64,000 bases of DNA, taken from contig MU058221.1 in NCBI GenBank assembly GCA_013265495.1, positions 5,316,066 to 5,380,065 of the forward strand. Direction: 5' to 3'. Shown here piece by piece: positions 61,776-64,000 of this stretch (positions within the stretch are counted from its first letter, which is position 1; each line of letters opens with the position of its first letter). The DNA comes from Vicugna vicugna (lineage: Eukaryota). The notes under the pieces were generated by a model that ran no database searches, was not told where the DNA came from, and saw nothing but the letters and a program-made list of their open reading frames with translations. The translations under genes and the position numbers were made by a program.

Positions 61776-62344
61776 TAGGCACCTATTGCATTATGATACA
61801 GTTATATATTGATTTAGGAAACAATGTCTTTATTATACTTCAACTTGCAGCCAGGAGGAAGTTATATGTCGCTATTCACTTCATTTCCCCCATTAGGGTC
61901 ATGTCATTTTCTTTGAAAAATATCTTTCATCAAACTGACATTCAAGTGTTTGATTTTTTTTTTTTTTGCTCTCTCTCTCAATTCCAAGCCTAACCACGGA
62001 CAGAGCACCAGAGTGTGAGAACTTTTATAGATGTGCATCATTCCATTTTCATCGTCTCAAAAAATAGTGCCCAGGGCCTCGCTAGTAAACCTTTGCTGAA
62101 GAATCTACTGAATTCTCAAATGGGAAGTGAGAACCGAGACCCTGGAAGGTTTTCAAACACCACAACTTTGTGGTTACTAGGATGCACAGTCAGCCAAGTG
62201 GCAGGTCCCAGCGGGCTGCCTGGAACCAGGGCAGCTATGAAACGGAAGCTTCTACGAGGCCTGTGCTTTTATGAGCAGAATGACACTCACTTCACACCTG
62301 AGCGGACCTCCTGAGAGCACAGCAGGCGGGGAACATTAGAGCCG

Positions 62345-62745
62345 GGCTCTCACCCCTGCCGCCAGCCGGCCTGATGGATGGTCCTGGGGCCCCTCGGCTC
62401 TACTCCACCCTCTTTCTCGTCTGCTCTGCCACTCAGGCTGCAAGTCTGCAAACTGCATTTCCCGGACCCTCTCTTGTGCCAGCTGGCATCCTGCTGAGCT
62501 GTGACTGGGGACGTCCGGGGGGAAGACTGGAAGGCAGGGGGAGGCGGGGACCAAAGGCTGGCCCTCTGGCCTCTGGGTGGGATCACCCTGGGAGAGCGGC
62601 TCATGACGCAGGGCTCCCTGGGGAGCCCCTGAGACCAGGGCTCTGCTCCTTCTCTGCCCCCTCCTCTCTCACTCCCTACCTCCCGGCAGCTGAGCCCTTG
62701 AACTCCTGTTTTCGGCTCTGCTTCTAGGAAACCTGAACTAAGACA
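62345..62745. mobile_element. ERVL LTR16-like fragment
   Basis: ctgcaaactgcatttcccggaccctc...ggaagactggaaggcaggg...ctctgcttctaggaaacctgaactaagaca. Confidence 0.6.
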
Positions 62746-63185
62746 GGCCATCAGGTCAGCGGGGTCAACGTACGGGTGATGGCAGAAGATCATGGACGAT
62801 CAGAAGTCCCCGAGGATTTGATCTGGGGGGTCATGAGGCTTGGAGGAGAGTCCCTGGGGAAGCAGCAGGGCTGTGGAAGTGGTGGCGAGCCTGAGACGGG
62901 GCTGGGGGTACTTTGTCTCGGCACCCAGCAGCAGATCCTGTGCCCCGGCTGCCGGCATGCTGGCCAGGTGGGCAGGGAGGGCTTTGGCTGCAAGAACCCA
63001 CAGGGTTTGAGACAGGTCGAGGGTGGCAAGCAGGCAGGCAGGAAGGAAGAGAAGTCAAGTGTCAGGGAGGATGCTGGAGCCCTTTGCAGCCACAAGAAGG
63101 ATGTGTGGCCTTGCTGAGTTCCAAATGCCTGTGGGCCATCGGGCTGATAAATCCCAGGCTTGGAGCCCTGGGGAGGGATCTGAGC

Positions 63186-63670
63186 TGTAGTATCAGCCAG
63201 GGGTGTGCTTGGCCACACGTAACAGAAACCTGGGGACCAACCAAGGCTTTCAGCGAAGTGGGGGTGTTTTTATTCTCACAGTACAGGAAGTCTAGGGACA
63301 AGCCGATCAGGGATGGCGCAGCGGCTCTGCAGAGCCATTGGTGTCTCTGGCTCCCACCAGCTTCTGCTCCCCAGCTTAGCACACGGCCAGCCACTGCTCC
63401 AAACTCCAAGTAAGAAGAAGAAGGATGAGATGGAAAGGAAGGTGAGGCTTCCACATCAGGAGAGGAAAAGCTTTCCTGGCAATCCCTGACAGACTTCCAA
63501 TTCTCTCTCTCTGGCCAGGACCACATCCCATGAGTACCTATGGCTGCAAAGTGAGCCAGGAACTTTGCACACGCAGGGCAGCCTGCTTCCCCACACAGAA
63601 TTAGGGTCTGCTGGTAAGGAAGGAGGAGAAAGGGAAACTTTAAGAAGCAACAGTGAGGGCCAGCTGCAGC
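63186..63670. mobile_element. Old MaLR LTR (MLT1L/M-like)
   Basis: cttggccacacgtaacagaaacct...tttttattctcacagtacaggaagtctag...ctggccaggaccacatcccatg...tggctgcaaagtgagccagga. Confidence 0.6.
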
Positions 63671-64000
63671 CGAGCTAAGGGCCTGGGGCTATGTGGATAA
63701 AGGGACAGTTTATGTCTGCTCTAAAGAGATACGATCTCCAAGGAGAAGAACAAAAGACACAGCCTTCAAGAGCTGGGGGAGAAGAGGCGGTAGGACGGGA
63801 GATACTGCTGGAAATCAGAAAAGGAAATCTTAAGTGAAATCTGTGACTCTGACGTGACAATTCCAAGCCTAGAACGGTTCCCTAACACTCTGAAGTTCAA
63901 TTATTTAAGAACAGAGCACAGTAGTTCCTAAACAAAATGCATTTTGAAGAGTTTTAACCTAAAAAAGTAACTTGGGTACCCCCACTGTACACACAAGAAA

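Overview
Mammalian genomic DNA, very probably camelid, judged from multiple tRNA-Ala(AGC)-derived SINEs of the Vic-1 type. Two genes converge. On the + strand, bases 1-7027 are the end of the last ATOH8 intron. The terminal ATOH8 exon starts at 7028 and codes only GAG-TGA before its 3'UTR (identified from recalled human sequence and synteny). On the - strand is ST3GAL5 (GM3 synthase) with six coding exons: 60227-60350, 59511-59622, 50363-50706, 48269-48455, 46939-47097 and 43115-43363. They have GT-AG boundaries and join into an intact frame of 390 aa from the first exon-2 ATG or 362 aa from the second. Exon 1 lies beyond the right edge of the window. The ~30 kb between the genes is mostly ancient repeats (MIR, L2, L1M, MLT1, LTR33, MER5A, MamTip2) and younger SINE/L1 insertions. 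It also holds an orphan CpG-rich patch, divergently oriented CTCF motifs and a phased E-box cluster. I see no convincing previously undescribed gene system. The best leads are regulatory or retroelement observations: the divergent CTCF boundary, the 12-bp-phased E-boxes, an L1 subfamily with a captured MIR-like 3' end, and a possible decayed retrocopy. Almost all ORFs in the supplied track are chance ORFs. Repeat family names come from visual recognition and need RepeatMasker/Dfam confirmation; repeat boundaries are approximate unless a TSD is given.
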